Part shown: positions 28,424 through 36,186 of the stretch, one piece after another
Layout: every line of letters begins with the position of its first letter
How positions within the stretch are numbered: position 1 is the first letter of the stretch
Assembly (NCBI GenBank): GCA_031411295.1
Contig: JANOAV010000193.1
Span: 1-36,186 of the forward strand
Source of the DNA: Verrucomicrobiales bacterium
GTDB lineage: Bacteria > Verrucomicrobiota > Verrucomicrobiia > Verrucomicrobiales > V1-33
DNA length: 36,186 nucleotides
Reading direction: 5' to 3'
Position numbers and translations under genes: made by a program
Notes under the pieces: model-generated
Databases searched by the model: none
Told to the model about the DNA's origin: nothing
The model's input: the letters and a program-made list of their open reading frames with translations, nothing else

Positions 28424-28593
28424 GTTGGTCTTCCAGCCAGCATCAATCGTCGCCATCGTCCCAAGCCGCACGCTATGAAGTATCGTGATTGGCTGCGCGC
28501 AAAAAGCCCATCGCCGAACTCGACAACTGGCCCTACCGCGACTTCCTCATCTACGGCACATCATCAGTTGCCCATCCCTCCCCACCGCCCGCC

Positions 28594-31500
28594 ATGCCCG
28601 AGTCCATCACCCTCCTCCACATCTCCGACATGCAGTTCGGGAAATATCATCGCTATCTCGCGAAGAACCCAGCGGCTCCACATTCCGACTTTGACAACCT
28701 CTCCGCCCGCCTCATTGCCGACCTAGACTTGCTCCGAGTGGATCATCAACTCGTCCCCGATCTCATCATCTGTAGCGGCGACCTTGCCGAGTGGGCATTG
28801 CCCAAAGAGTTCGCCGACGCCTTCGATTTCCTCGCCAAGCTAGCCAAGCATCTCGGCCTCGCCCATGACCGCGTGGTCGTAATCCCTGGCAACCACGACG
28901 TCAGCCGCCGTGCTTGCAGTAGCTACTTCCAAGACTGCGCAGGCAAAGAAGAAGCCCCTGCGTGGCCATGGTTTCCCAAGTGGCAGCACTACAGGACCGC
29001 CTTCGAAAAGTTCTACCAAGGCTATCCCGACATCACCTTCACGCTTGCCACGCCCTGGACTTGGTACGCCATGCACGATCTCGGCGTCATCGTGGCTGGG
29101 CTCAACTCCACTTACGATGAGGGTCATGACGAACCAGATGAGAAGACCTTCCCCCGGCGCCCACAGCACCACGGGCTCTGTGAGGAAGATCAGCTTCGAG
29201 CCTTCTCTGACCGCCTCGACAAAGAGGCCACTGGCTATCTGCGCATCGGCACCGTGCATCACAACGTGGTGCGAGGCTGTCGCGATGACAATGCTCAGCT
29301 CACCGACGCCGACCGCCTCGCAGCCATTTTGGGAGATAGGCTCGACTTCCTGCTGCACGGCCATACGCATCGTGCCACTGCCGACATTTTGAAACGCAAA
29401 CTCCCGGTGTATTCCACTGGCAGCGCCTCGCTGAAAACACGCGGCAGCGACGCCATTCCCACCGACATCCCCAACCAGTATCAACTGCTGCGCATCACCG
29501 CGACCGAGCTGACTCGCTACTGCCGAGCCTACGACGGCAGCGACTCCCGCTTCATAGCTGACACCCGGCTTTCAGACAATGGCCAAGACTGGGTGCTGAC
29601 GGACAAGCTCGAACTTCACGGCGCGCACGCCTGCCTTCGATCCAAGGACAACGATGAACCCGAAGCAGACCAAACGGGGAACCAAGTGATTTTCAAAACT
29701 TCACTCGAACTCGCGTCAATGTCGAGTGACCTGTCCGCACTTCCAAGGCTGAAGCTCCAGTGTGCAGCACACCACTTTGCAATCAGAGGAGAACAGAGGG
29801 AGCGTGCGATCCAACTGCTAGCCGAACAAAGAGCTGTATGTCTAGTTGGAGATTGGGGCTGCGGGATCAATGAGTTCATCGCGACCTGCGTAAGTCCCAG
29901 TAATACCGATGCCTCCATGGAGGTAGTGGAGTGCTTCGTCGCAAGGTGCGACGCCTTTGAGACGATGGCCTCATTGGAGGCGGGGATTGCATCGCAGTTT
30001 GGCCGTAATCTCCACCAATTTTTGCAGGAGGTTCGAATATTCCCCGGAGCTATTCTAGTGCTAGATGGCGTCCAACCAGCACTAGCGCTAGGATGTGAGA
30101 AGGAGACCTTTCAGCGCGTCATCTCGATGATTCCAGACTTCGCTCCGCAATTGAGCCTCATCTTGGTGGGGCGAATTCCTGTACACGAGAGCATCTCGGC
30201 GGTATCTCTCGCTGGGCTCGACGCTCTCGAAACCAGGGCTTACCTCACGGCTCACCCTCGCACCTCATCGCATTTGATGTCTGCTGATGCGATTGAGCGA
30301 CTTCACCTCGCGACTGGCGGCCTTCCAACTCAACTGGATCGACTATTAGAGCGGTTGGAGGTGGCTTCTTTCGATGCCGTTATTGAAGAAGAGTCACAGG
30401 CAAGAGCTGCCATCAACAGCGATGACCCGTTCATGAAATCATTGACACAGTGTTTGCGGATGCTCGCGGACGCCGATGGCGTTGGTGAAGAGTCAAGGTG
30501 CTTCAAGTTGCTCTGCGCTCTCTCAGTGATCCCTTTCGGCGAAACTATTGAGCGGATGAAACACTTCCTTCACATTTCGCCCTTCTTTGCATCACATGCC
30601 CAATCTTTGGCTTCAATGGCACTCATCGAGGCGATTCCTGTTCATCAAAAAAGAGAGGTAAGCCAACAAGGGTTTGAAGCTCCTTCACCTAATGCCTCAG
30701 TGCCTAAGCTCTTGCGAGTTCCAAAACAGATTCGTGACTGCCTTTGGGAAACCATGGCCAAGCCTACCCGCAAGGCTTACCTCCATGCAGCCGCCTCCTT
30801 TATTTTTGGAGACAAGTGGAGCCTTGGAAAAGTGAAGCTCAAAAGGGTTCCACCTGAATACAAGAATCATGTTTCTGGAGGGACAGGAAACGAGTTTGCC
30901 GTCATTGAAGCACTACTCGCCATCGCAGCCGCAGACCAGTCGAGGGAGGATGGCAAAACAGTCTTGCGATTGGGGTTGCACTATTGTGGTGTGCTAAAGA
31001 GCACGGATCGAATGCGCGACTTGAAGTGGGTCGCTCAGTCCTTAATCCGCTTGGCTGAGAATTGTGGATTGACTACCGACTTACCAGCCTTGCATGAGTT
31101 TGCGGGAGTCGGTTGTAGGCTCACGGGTGACTGCCACTCAGCTTTGAATCACTTTGAATCGTCGGTCGATACAGGGGTTAGCAAGCGCTCCAAAGCTTCT
31201 GAGGGCCATCGTTTGATCGAGCTAGCGATCGCCGCAAGAGGCAGCGGCAACAACCTGAGATCAACGGAAGCTCTTGCTGCAGCTACCGCCGTCGCAAAAC
31301 CGGGTTCGCATTTGGAAAGCCAGATTAAGTCACAATTTGCCACCGAGATCGCCGACGCTAAAGCGAAATACGCTGAATTACAAAAACTCGAAAGTAAGGC
31401 ACGCTCTAAGGGGTGGTCGTCACACGCCAATGACATTGCAATCGTGCTCTCGAGCCTGGAGTCGGATGAGGGTAAATCCATTTCTTGGTTGGATCGAGTG

Positions 31501-31953
31501 TTGTCGTCACCGGAAAAAGAGAGGTGGAATGAGTTTCGCGCCGTAGTTAGAAAGGCAAAACTAATGATTTCGCGAGGCGAAATCGAAAGCATGGGGCAGA
31601 AGGATCGCATTAGCCTTGTTAGCGCGTACTGGTCTTATCATGCTCAACGCCAGCCGGGATTCGACGACAGTCATGATTGCCTTTGGGAATTGTTTGATGC
31701 CGAGGCAGACATTGCGGCTCTCTATTCGCTATTCTGGAACAGTTCGTTCATATGGCGTCTGAGGGGAGACGAGAAGCGGGAAACCTACTTCTGCGAGAAG
31801 CTCGAGCTGTTGCAGAACTCACTACCAATAAGCAAACGATCACCGCTGGCCATGCTAATCGAATACTTCGAGAAGCGGGCCATTACGCTGGTGCTGCGAC
31901 TCGCATCAGGTGCAACAAAAGTCCTGACCATCACCACTGGACAAGGCAAGTGA
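28594..31953 (+). CDS. NLR-like protein: calcineurin-like metallophosphoesterase + STAND-type NTPase with degenerate Walker A + winged helix + helical-repeat C-terminus (probable start ATG 28594)
   Basis: MPE motifs LHISDMQFG, SGDL, PGNHD, HHN, HGHTH; then VCLVGDWGCGINEF, ILVLDGV, LILVGR, TGGLP; long Ala/Leu-rich helical tail. Confidence 0.8.
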   Translation: MPESITLLHISDMQFGKYHRYLAKNPAAPHSDFDNLSARLIADLDLLRVDHQLVPDLIICSGDLAEWALPKEFADAFDFLAKLAKHLGLAHDRVVVIPGNHDVSRRACSSYFQDCAGKEEAPAWPWFPKWQHYRTAFEKFYQGYPDITFTLATPWTWYAMHDLGVIVAGLNSTYDEGHDEPDEKTFPRRPQHHGLCEEDQLRAFSDRLDKEATGYLRIGTVHHNVVRGCRDDNAQLTDADRLAAILGDRLDFLLHGHTHRATADILKRKLPVYSTGSASLKTRGSDAIPTDIPNQYQLLRITATELTRYCRAYDGSDSRFIADTRLSDNGQDWVLTDKLELHGAHACLRSKDNDEPEADQTGNQVIFKTSLELASMSSDLSALPRLKLQCAAHHFAIRGEQRERAIQLLAEQRAVCLVGDWGCGINEFIATCVSPSNTDASMEVVECFVARCDAFETMASLEAGIASQFGRNLHQFLQEVRIFPGAILVLDGVQPALALGCEKETFQRVISMIPDFAPQLSLILVGRIPVHESISAVSLAGLDALETRAYLTAHPRTSSHLMSADAIERLHLATGGLPTQLDRLLERLEVASFDAVIEEESQARAAINSDDPFMKSLTQCLRMLADADGVGEESRCFKLLCALSVIPFGETIERMKHFLHISPFFASHAQSLASMALIEAIPVHQKREVSQQGFEAPSPNASVPKLLRVPKQIRDCLWETMAKPTRKAYLHAAASFIFGDKWSLGKVKLKRVPPEYKNHVSGGTGNEFAVIEALLAIAAADQSREDGKTVLRLGLHYCGVLKSTDRMRDLKWVAQSLIRLAENCGLTTDLPALHEFAGVGCRLTGDCHSALNHFESSVDTGVSKRSKASEGHRLIELAIAARGSGNNLRSTEALAAATAVAKPGSHLESQIKSQFATEIADAKAKYAELQKLESKARSKGWSSHANDIAIVLSSLESDEGKSISWLDRVLSSPEKERWNEFRAVVRKAKLMISRGEIESMGQKDRISLVSAYWSYHAQRQPGFDDSHDCLWELFDAEADIAALYSLFWNSSFIWRLRGDEKRETYFCEKLELLQNSLPISKRSPLAMLIEYFEKRAITLVLRLASGATKVLTITTGQGK

Positions 31954-32055
31954 GGCTATGAGCTTATAGCACTAGATTGAGGAATCGTTCTCGAAGGAGT
32001 CTTGTTTTGATGCCGAGTTGCTTATCGGATTGCGACGACAAGCTGTGCTGCGGCG

Positions 32056-32322
32056 CTGCTGGTCTTTGCCAGCGAAGACGGCAGCCTCCGCCTCTGGGAT
32101 CCCGCCAGCGGCGAGTGCCTGGGCATCCTCATCGCCCACGGCGAAGCCTGGGCCGCGCTGGGCCCCGATGGCCGCTACCGCGTGGTAGGCGACATGCGCC
32201 AGGCGCTGTGGCACTGCGCTGGGCTGGTACGCTATGAGCTGGGCGAACTGGACGGCGTGATGCCCCACCTGCGCCTCGGCGAGCACGAGCCGCTGATCCC
32301 GCCCGCGCGGCTGGGATTGTAG
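32056..32322 (+). pseudogene. Orphan C-terminal fragment of a WD40-repeat protein
   Basis: LLVFASEDGSLRLWDPASGECLGILIAHGEAWAALGPDGRYRVVGDMRQALWHCAGLVRYELGELDGVMPHLRLGEHEPLIPPARLGL*; in-frame stop at 32008-32010 and no start codon before the WD repeat. Confidence 0.85.
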
Positions 32323-32535
32323 TAGCAGCGCAGCGCGTCCCGCCTGCCTTGTGCTCCCGCCCACCCATCCTCTCGGCGTGTGCCCCACGACTCGGCACCA
32401 CGCCGTAGCACGATGGCATTGCCTGACGCCCCTGAAAAAGCAGCCCATGGCCGCTCCTCCATGCCAAGCTCTCGATGGCACGCGCTAACACCTCGTCAGT
32501 TGCTAACACAAGGCAGGCGGGACGCGCTGCGCTAC
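32322..32535. repeat. Inverted pair of REP-like elements (REPIN-like)
   Basis: AGCGCAGCGCGTCCCGCCTGCCTTGTG (32327-32353) is the perfect 27-bp reverse complement of 32507-32533; both arms have GTAG at the outer end. Confidence 0.85.
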
Positions 32536-32537
32536 AT

Positions 32538-32616
32538 CCCACGGCGATACCGAGCATCACTGCGGCCCGATGGCCGCTGCCGCGTCGTGGACAACTTGCG
32601 CCAAGTCCTTTGGCAC
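32538..32616 (+). pseudogene. Second, diverged scrap of the same WD40-protein tail
   Basis: ASLRPDGRCRVVDNLRQVLWH versus AALGPDGRYRVVGDMRQALWH within 32137-32214. Confidence 0.7.
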
Positions 32617-32707
32617 AGAGCCCTCAGTTTTACTCCAGTCCTCCCGCTCATCAAAGCAGCGGCAAAAACTCGCACGGCAACGCGTATCTCCCTGCCCCCC
32701 TGCCCCC

Positions 32708-35700
32708 ATGCCATCCTCCACGCTCATTTTTTTCCTGCTCGCCCTCGCCTCGACAGCCCTGCACGCGGCCTCTCCAGAGCAGATCGAGTTCTTCGAGGCT
32801 CGTATCCGCCCGATCCTCGCGCAGGAGTGCTATGAGTGCCATAGCACCGCGCTGAAGAAGAAGGGCGGGCTGTTGCTCGACTCACGCGCAGGTTGGCAGG
32901 CAGGCGGCGAATCAGGCGAAGCCATCGTCATCGGCGATGCCCAAAAGAGCCTGCTCATCCAGTCGATCCGCCACGAGCATAGCGAGCTGCTCATGCCTAA
33001 AAATGGGGCCAAGCTCGATGACAAAATCATCGCCGACTTCGAGCAGTGGATCAACTCAGGGGCCGCCGATCCGCGTGATGCGCCACCCAGCAAAGACGAG
33101 GTGGCGAAAGAAACCGAATGGCCCGCCGTGCTGGAACGGAGAAAGCAATGGTGGGCGCTGCAACCCTTGCGAGTCGCGGCTCCCAGCCCACGCACCGAAG
33201 GCAATCCCGTCGATGCTTTCGTCAATGCCAAGCTCAAGGAACAAGGCCTTCAACAAGCCCCACGCGCCGCCGATGCCGCCCTTCTTCGCCGCCTCAGCTA
33301 CATCCTCACAGGCCTGCCGCCAACGCCCGAGGCCCTTGAAACCATCGGCGCATCAGCCATAGAGCGCATCATCGACGACGACTTGCAGAGCCCTCGCTTC
33401 GGCGAGACGTGGGCACGCCACTGGATGGACTGGGTACGCTACGCTGAAACCTACGGCAGCGAGGGCGATCCCCCCATCCCCCAGGCCTGGCGCTACCGCG
33501 ATTATTTGATCCGCGCCCTCAATGCCGACGTGCCGTATCCCCAACTCGTGAAGGAAGCCATCGCCGGTGATTTACTCCCCCAGCCGAGACTTAACAAAGA
33601 GCTAGGCATCAACGAATCGGCCCTGGGCATCGGCCAACTGCGCATGGTCAATCATGGCTTTTCGCCGACGGATACCTTGGATGAAATGGTGACCTTTACG
33701 GACAACCAAATCGACGTGGTCTCGAAGGCGTTTCAGGGCTTCACGGTGAGCTGCGCCCGCTGCCATAATCACAAGTTCGACGCCATCAGCCAGACAGATT
33801 TTTATGCATGGTTCGGCGTCTTCAGTAGCACCCATCCCGCTGTCGTGGATGTAGCCCTGCCCGAGGCAGGCAACGCCGAGCGCGAGCAGTTGACCAAGCT
33901 GAAAGTGGCAATCAAAGCCGCCGTTGGCAGGGCTTGGCTCGCCGCGCTCGCTTCCGCCACACCCCAATCAAACAAGGCTGCGACGCCCGATCTGCCAACC
34001 CACAACGACAACATCCTCGCTCGCTATGACTTGCGCACTGCCGACTGGTTCCGCGATGGCAAAGGCATCGCCCAGGGTGCCACAAAAGCGGGCGAGTTCA
34101 GCGTCGCCATCGAGGGCGACCCAGTCATCGCGCGCCTCTATCCCAGCGGTCTTTTTAGCGACCTCATCTCCACCAAAGATCGCGCCGTGCTCATGTCGCC
34201 CACCTTCAAGTGCGAGGGCGGCACGCTGTGGATGCGCAGTGCGGGCGGAGGCTCGTCGCGAGCGAAGTATGTGGTGCAAAACTACCCGCGCACGGGCACC
34301 ATCCACAAGGCCAAGGAATTCAAGGACGCAGGCGATAGTGTGCTCGGCTGGCACAAGCTCGACCTCAACTATTGGAAGGGCGACACCCTCTTCATCCAAT
34401 GCACCACCGCTGCTGATTTGCCCGTCGAAGCGAAGGACGAGCGCTCGTGGTTCGGCATCACCGATGTCGTCATCACAAGCGATGACAAGCAGCCGCCAAG
34501 CCCCCGGTTCGACAACGATGCGCGTGCTTGTGTCGAGGCTTGGTTAGCCAATACGATGACCGATGCGCAGGCTGGGACGCTCGCCGAACTGCTGCGTGAC
34601 GGCAAGCTGCCCAACGAGGCGAAAGCCATCGCCGAGGCGGCTCCCTTGCTCGCCCAATACCGCGAAATCGAAGCTCGCCTCCCCTCGCCCATCCGTGCGC
34701 CCGGCGTGCTGGAGGCCGATGCGCACGATGCCCCGCTCTTCATTCGCGGCGAGCACAAGCAGCCCGGTGACTTGGTGAAACGGCGCTTCCTCGACGCCAT
34801 CGACGCACGGCCTTTTAACAGTGCCAACAGCGGTCGCCTCCAGTTGGCCGAGCACCTCACGAGCCCCGCCAATCCCCTCGCCGCACGCGTCATTGTGAAT
34901 CGCTTGTGGCACCATGTTTTTGGTCGCGGCATCGTTTCCACCACAGACAACTTTGGCAAACTCGGAGCCCCGCCCACTCACCCCGAATTGCTCGACTACC
35001 TTGCTCAGCGCTTCATCGACAGCGGCGGTTCCATCAAAGCCATGCTGCGCCTGCTGCTCAGCTCACAGACCTTCCAAGCCGCCGAGACGGCCTCCGCCGA
35101 GGCTCAAATCAAAGACCCCGAGAACAAGCTGCTCAGCCACTGGAGCGTGCGTCGCATGAGCGCCGAGGCCATCCGCGACAGCATTATAAATCTCAGTTGC
35201 CAACTGGATGCGACGATGTACGGCGAGCCGGTCGCGGGCAAGGAGCCACGCCGCAGCGTCTATGTGCAAGTCATTCGCAACCGGCTCGATGACTTCCTCG
35301 CCGCCTTCGATGCGCCCGTGCCGATGACCACTCGCGGCGCTCGCGATGTGACCAACGTGCCTGCGCAATCACTCGCCCTGCTCAACAACCCTACCGTGCA
35401 AAAGTGGGCCAGCAACTGGGCCAATGCTGCCGCAGAGCAACAGCCCAGCGATGCAACGAAGCGCGTGCAGCGGATGTTTGCGCAGGCTCTTGGTCGTGCT
35501 CCCATCGTGGATGAAGTGGCTGCCAGCATCGCCTTTGTGAATAGCTCTACCACTGTCGCGAATGAGCAAAAAGCCACGCTCGCGGAGATTGAAAACAAGG
35601 CAGCCACGCTGCGCCAACACGTCAGTGCTATACTTGACCCAGTACGCGAGATGCTCGCCAAGCCCGGAGATAGGAAACCTGCCGCCAATGCGCCCGCGCC

Positions 35701-36186
35701 CTACGCCGAGTGGGACTTCGAGCAAGGCACGGAGGATCGGCTCGGGCACCTACCACTGACACTGGAAGGCAGCGCCAAGCTCGACCACGGCGCACTGGTG
35801 CTCGATGGCAAAGGCTTGGCGCGTAGCGCGGCACTGCCCAAGGACATGAAAGCCAAGACCCTCGAAGCCTGGGTGCTGCTCGACACCCTCGACCAGCGCG
35901 GCGGCGGTGTGGTGACGTTGCAAGACAAGCGCGGCGTGGTCTTCGATAGCATCGTCTTTGCCGAAAAGGCGGCAGGCGAATGGCTCGCTGGCAGCGACAA
36001 CCACAAGCGCACTGAGTCCTTCGGCGGTGCCCCCGACACCGAGGCCGCCAAGCGCCCCGTGCATGTCGCCATCACCTTCGAGAGCGGCGAAGTCACAGGG
36101 TATCGCGATGGCTTGCCCTATGGGCGAGCCTTTGATGGCGCGACCACTGAGACCTTCAAGGCCAGCGACGCAGTCGTGCTGCTGGG
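32708..36186 (+). CDS. PSCyt1 / DUF1549 / DUF1553 protein with a LamG-like domain, partial at window end (absent from the ORF track)
   Basis: MPSSTLIFFLLALASTALHA signal, CYECH, FGETWARHWMDWVRYAET, CARCHNHKFD, RVIVNRLWHHVFGRG and KTLEAWV all checked in the same frame. Confidence 0.92.
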   Translation, partial: MPSSTLIFFLLALASTALHAASPEQIEFFEARIRPILAQECYECHSTALKKKGGLLLDSRAGWQAGGESGEAIVIGDAQKSLLIQSIRHEHSELLMPKNGAKLDDKIIADFEQWINSGAADPRDAPPSKDEVAKETEWPAVLERRKQWWALQPLRVAAPSPRTEGNPVDAFVNAKLKEQGLQQAPRAADAALLRRLSYILTGLPPTPEALETIGASAIERIIDDDLQSPRFGETWARHWMDWVRYAETYGSEGDPPIPQAWRYRDYLIRALNADVPYPQLVKEAIAGDLLPQPRLNKELGINESALGIGQLRMVNHGFSPTDTLDEMVTFTDNQIDVVSKAFQGFTVSCARCHNHKFDAISQTDFYAWFGVFSSTHPAVVDVALPEAGNAEREQLTKLKVAIKAAVGRAWLAALASATPQSNKAATPDLPTHNDNILARYDLRTADWFRDGKGIAQGATKAGEFSVAIEGDPVIARLYPSGLFSDLISTKDRAVLMSPTFKCEGGTLWMRSAGGGSSRAKYVVQNYPRTGTIHKAKEFKDAGDSVLGWHKLDLNYWKGDTLFIQCTTAADLPVEAKDERSWFGITDVVITSDDKQPPSPRFDNDARACVEAWLANTMTDAQAGTLAELLRDGKLPNEAKAIAEAAPLLAQYREIEARLPSPIRAPGVLEADAHDAPLFIRGEHKQPGDLVKRRFLDAIDARPFNSANSGRLQLAEHLTSPANPLAARVIVNRLWHHVFGRGIVSTTDNFGKLGAPPTHPELLDYLAQRFIDSGGSIKAMLRLLLSSQTFQAAETASAEAQIKDPENKLLSHWSVRRMSAEAIRDSIINLSCQLDATMYGEPVAGKEPRRSVYVQVIRNRLDDFLAAFDAPVPMTTRGARDVTNVPAQSLALLNNPTVQKWASNWANAAAEQQPSDATKRVQRMFAQALGRAPIVDEVAASIAFVNSSTTVANEQKATLAEIENKAATLRQHVSAILDPVREMLAKPGDRKPAANAPAPYAEWDFEQGTEDRLGHLPLTLEGSAKLDHGALVLDGKGLARSAALPKDMKAKTLEAWVLLDTLDQRGGGVVTLQDKRGVVFDSIVFAEKAAGEWLAGSDNHKRTESFGGAPDTEAAKRPVHVAITFESGEVTGYRDGLPYGRAFDGATTETFKASDAVVLL

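Noticed and set aside
28475..28593. MKYRD... as a HicA fragment, or the TTG-started extension of the MPE gene
   Set aside because: Similarity is limited to a few residues, and MPE homology starts right after ATG 28594, so neither can be supported.
32830..36096. Many short ORFs listed on both strands at the right end
   Set aside because: All overlap the single motif-rich PSD1/LamG frame starting at 32708.

Overview
GC-rich bacterial chromosome segment, most likely Verrucomicrobiota (inferred from the PSCyt1/DUF1549/DUF1553 proteins, the DUF1501 partner and the FtsZ type). Left end: the 3' end of an IS5-family element that truncates the YoeB toxin of a yefM-yoeB pair, and a RAYT-type transposase fragment. 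Next is the tail of the dcw cluster (ddl-ftsQ / ftsA-ftsZ), split by an oppositely oriented 1404-aa secreted repeat protein. The middle holds a Gfo/Idh/MocA oxidoreductase, a decayed group II intron 3' end, YceH/DUF480, a PSD1-DUF1501 pair, a PLP decarboxylase, livHMGF, a DUF4034 protein, tRNA-Ala(GGC), VanZ, a BrnT/BrnA-like pair, a glyoxalase and rnhA. The most interesting part is a mosaic island (about 26.5-32.6 kb) bracketed by GTAG-type REP-like repeats. It carries a stand-alone helicase-associated (HA) repeat gene between 20-bp direct repeats and an NLR-like gene (metallophosphoesterase + Walker-A-degenerate STAND NTPase + helical sensor). That gene looks like an in-frame chimera: an orphan WD40 C-terminal tail, probably from the ancestral gene, is stranded just downstream of a lower-GC replacement module. 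A second PSD1/LamG gene runs off the right edge. All family calls come from motif recognition by eye; no database searches were run.
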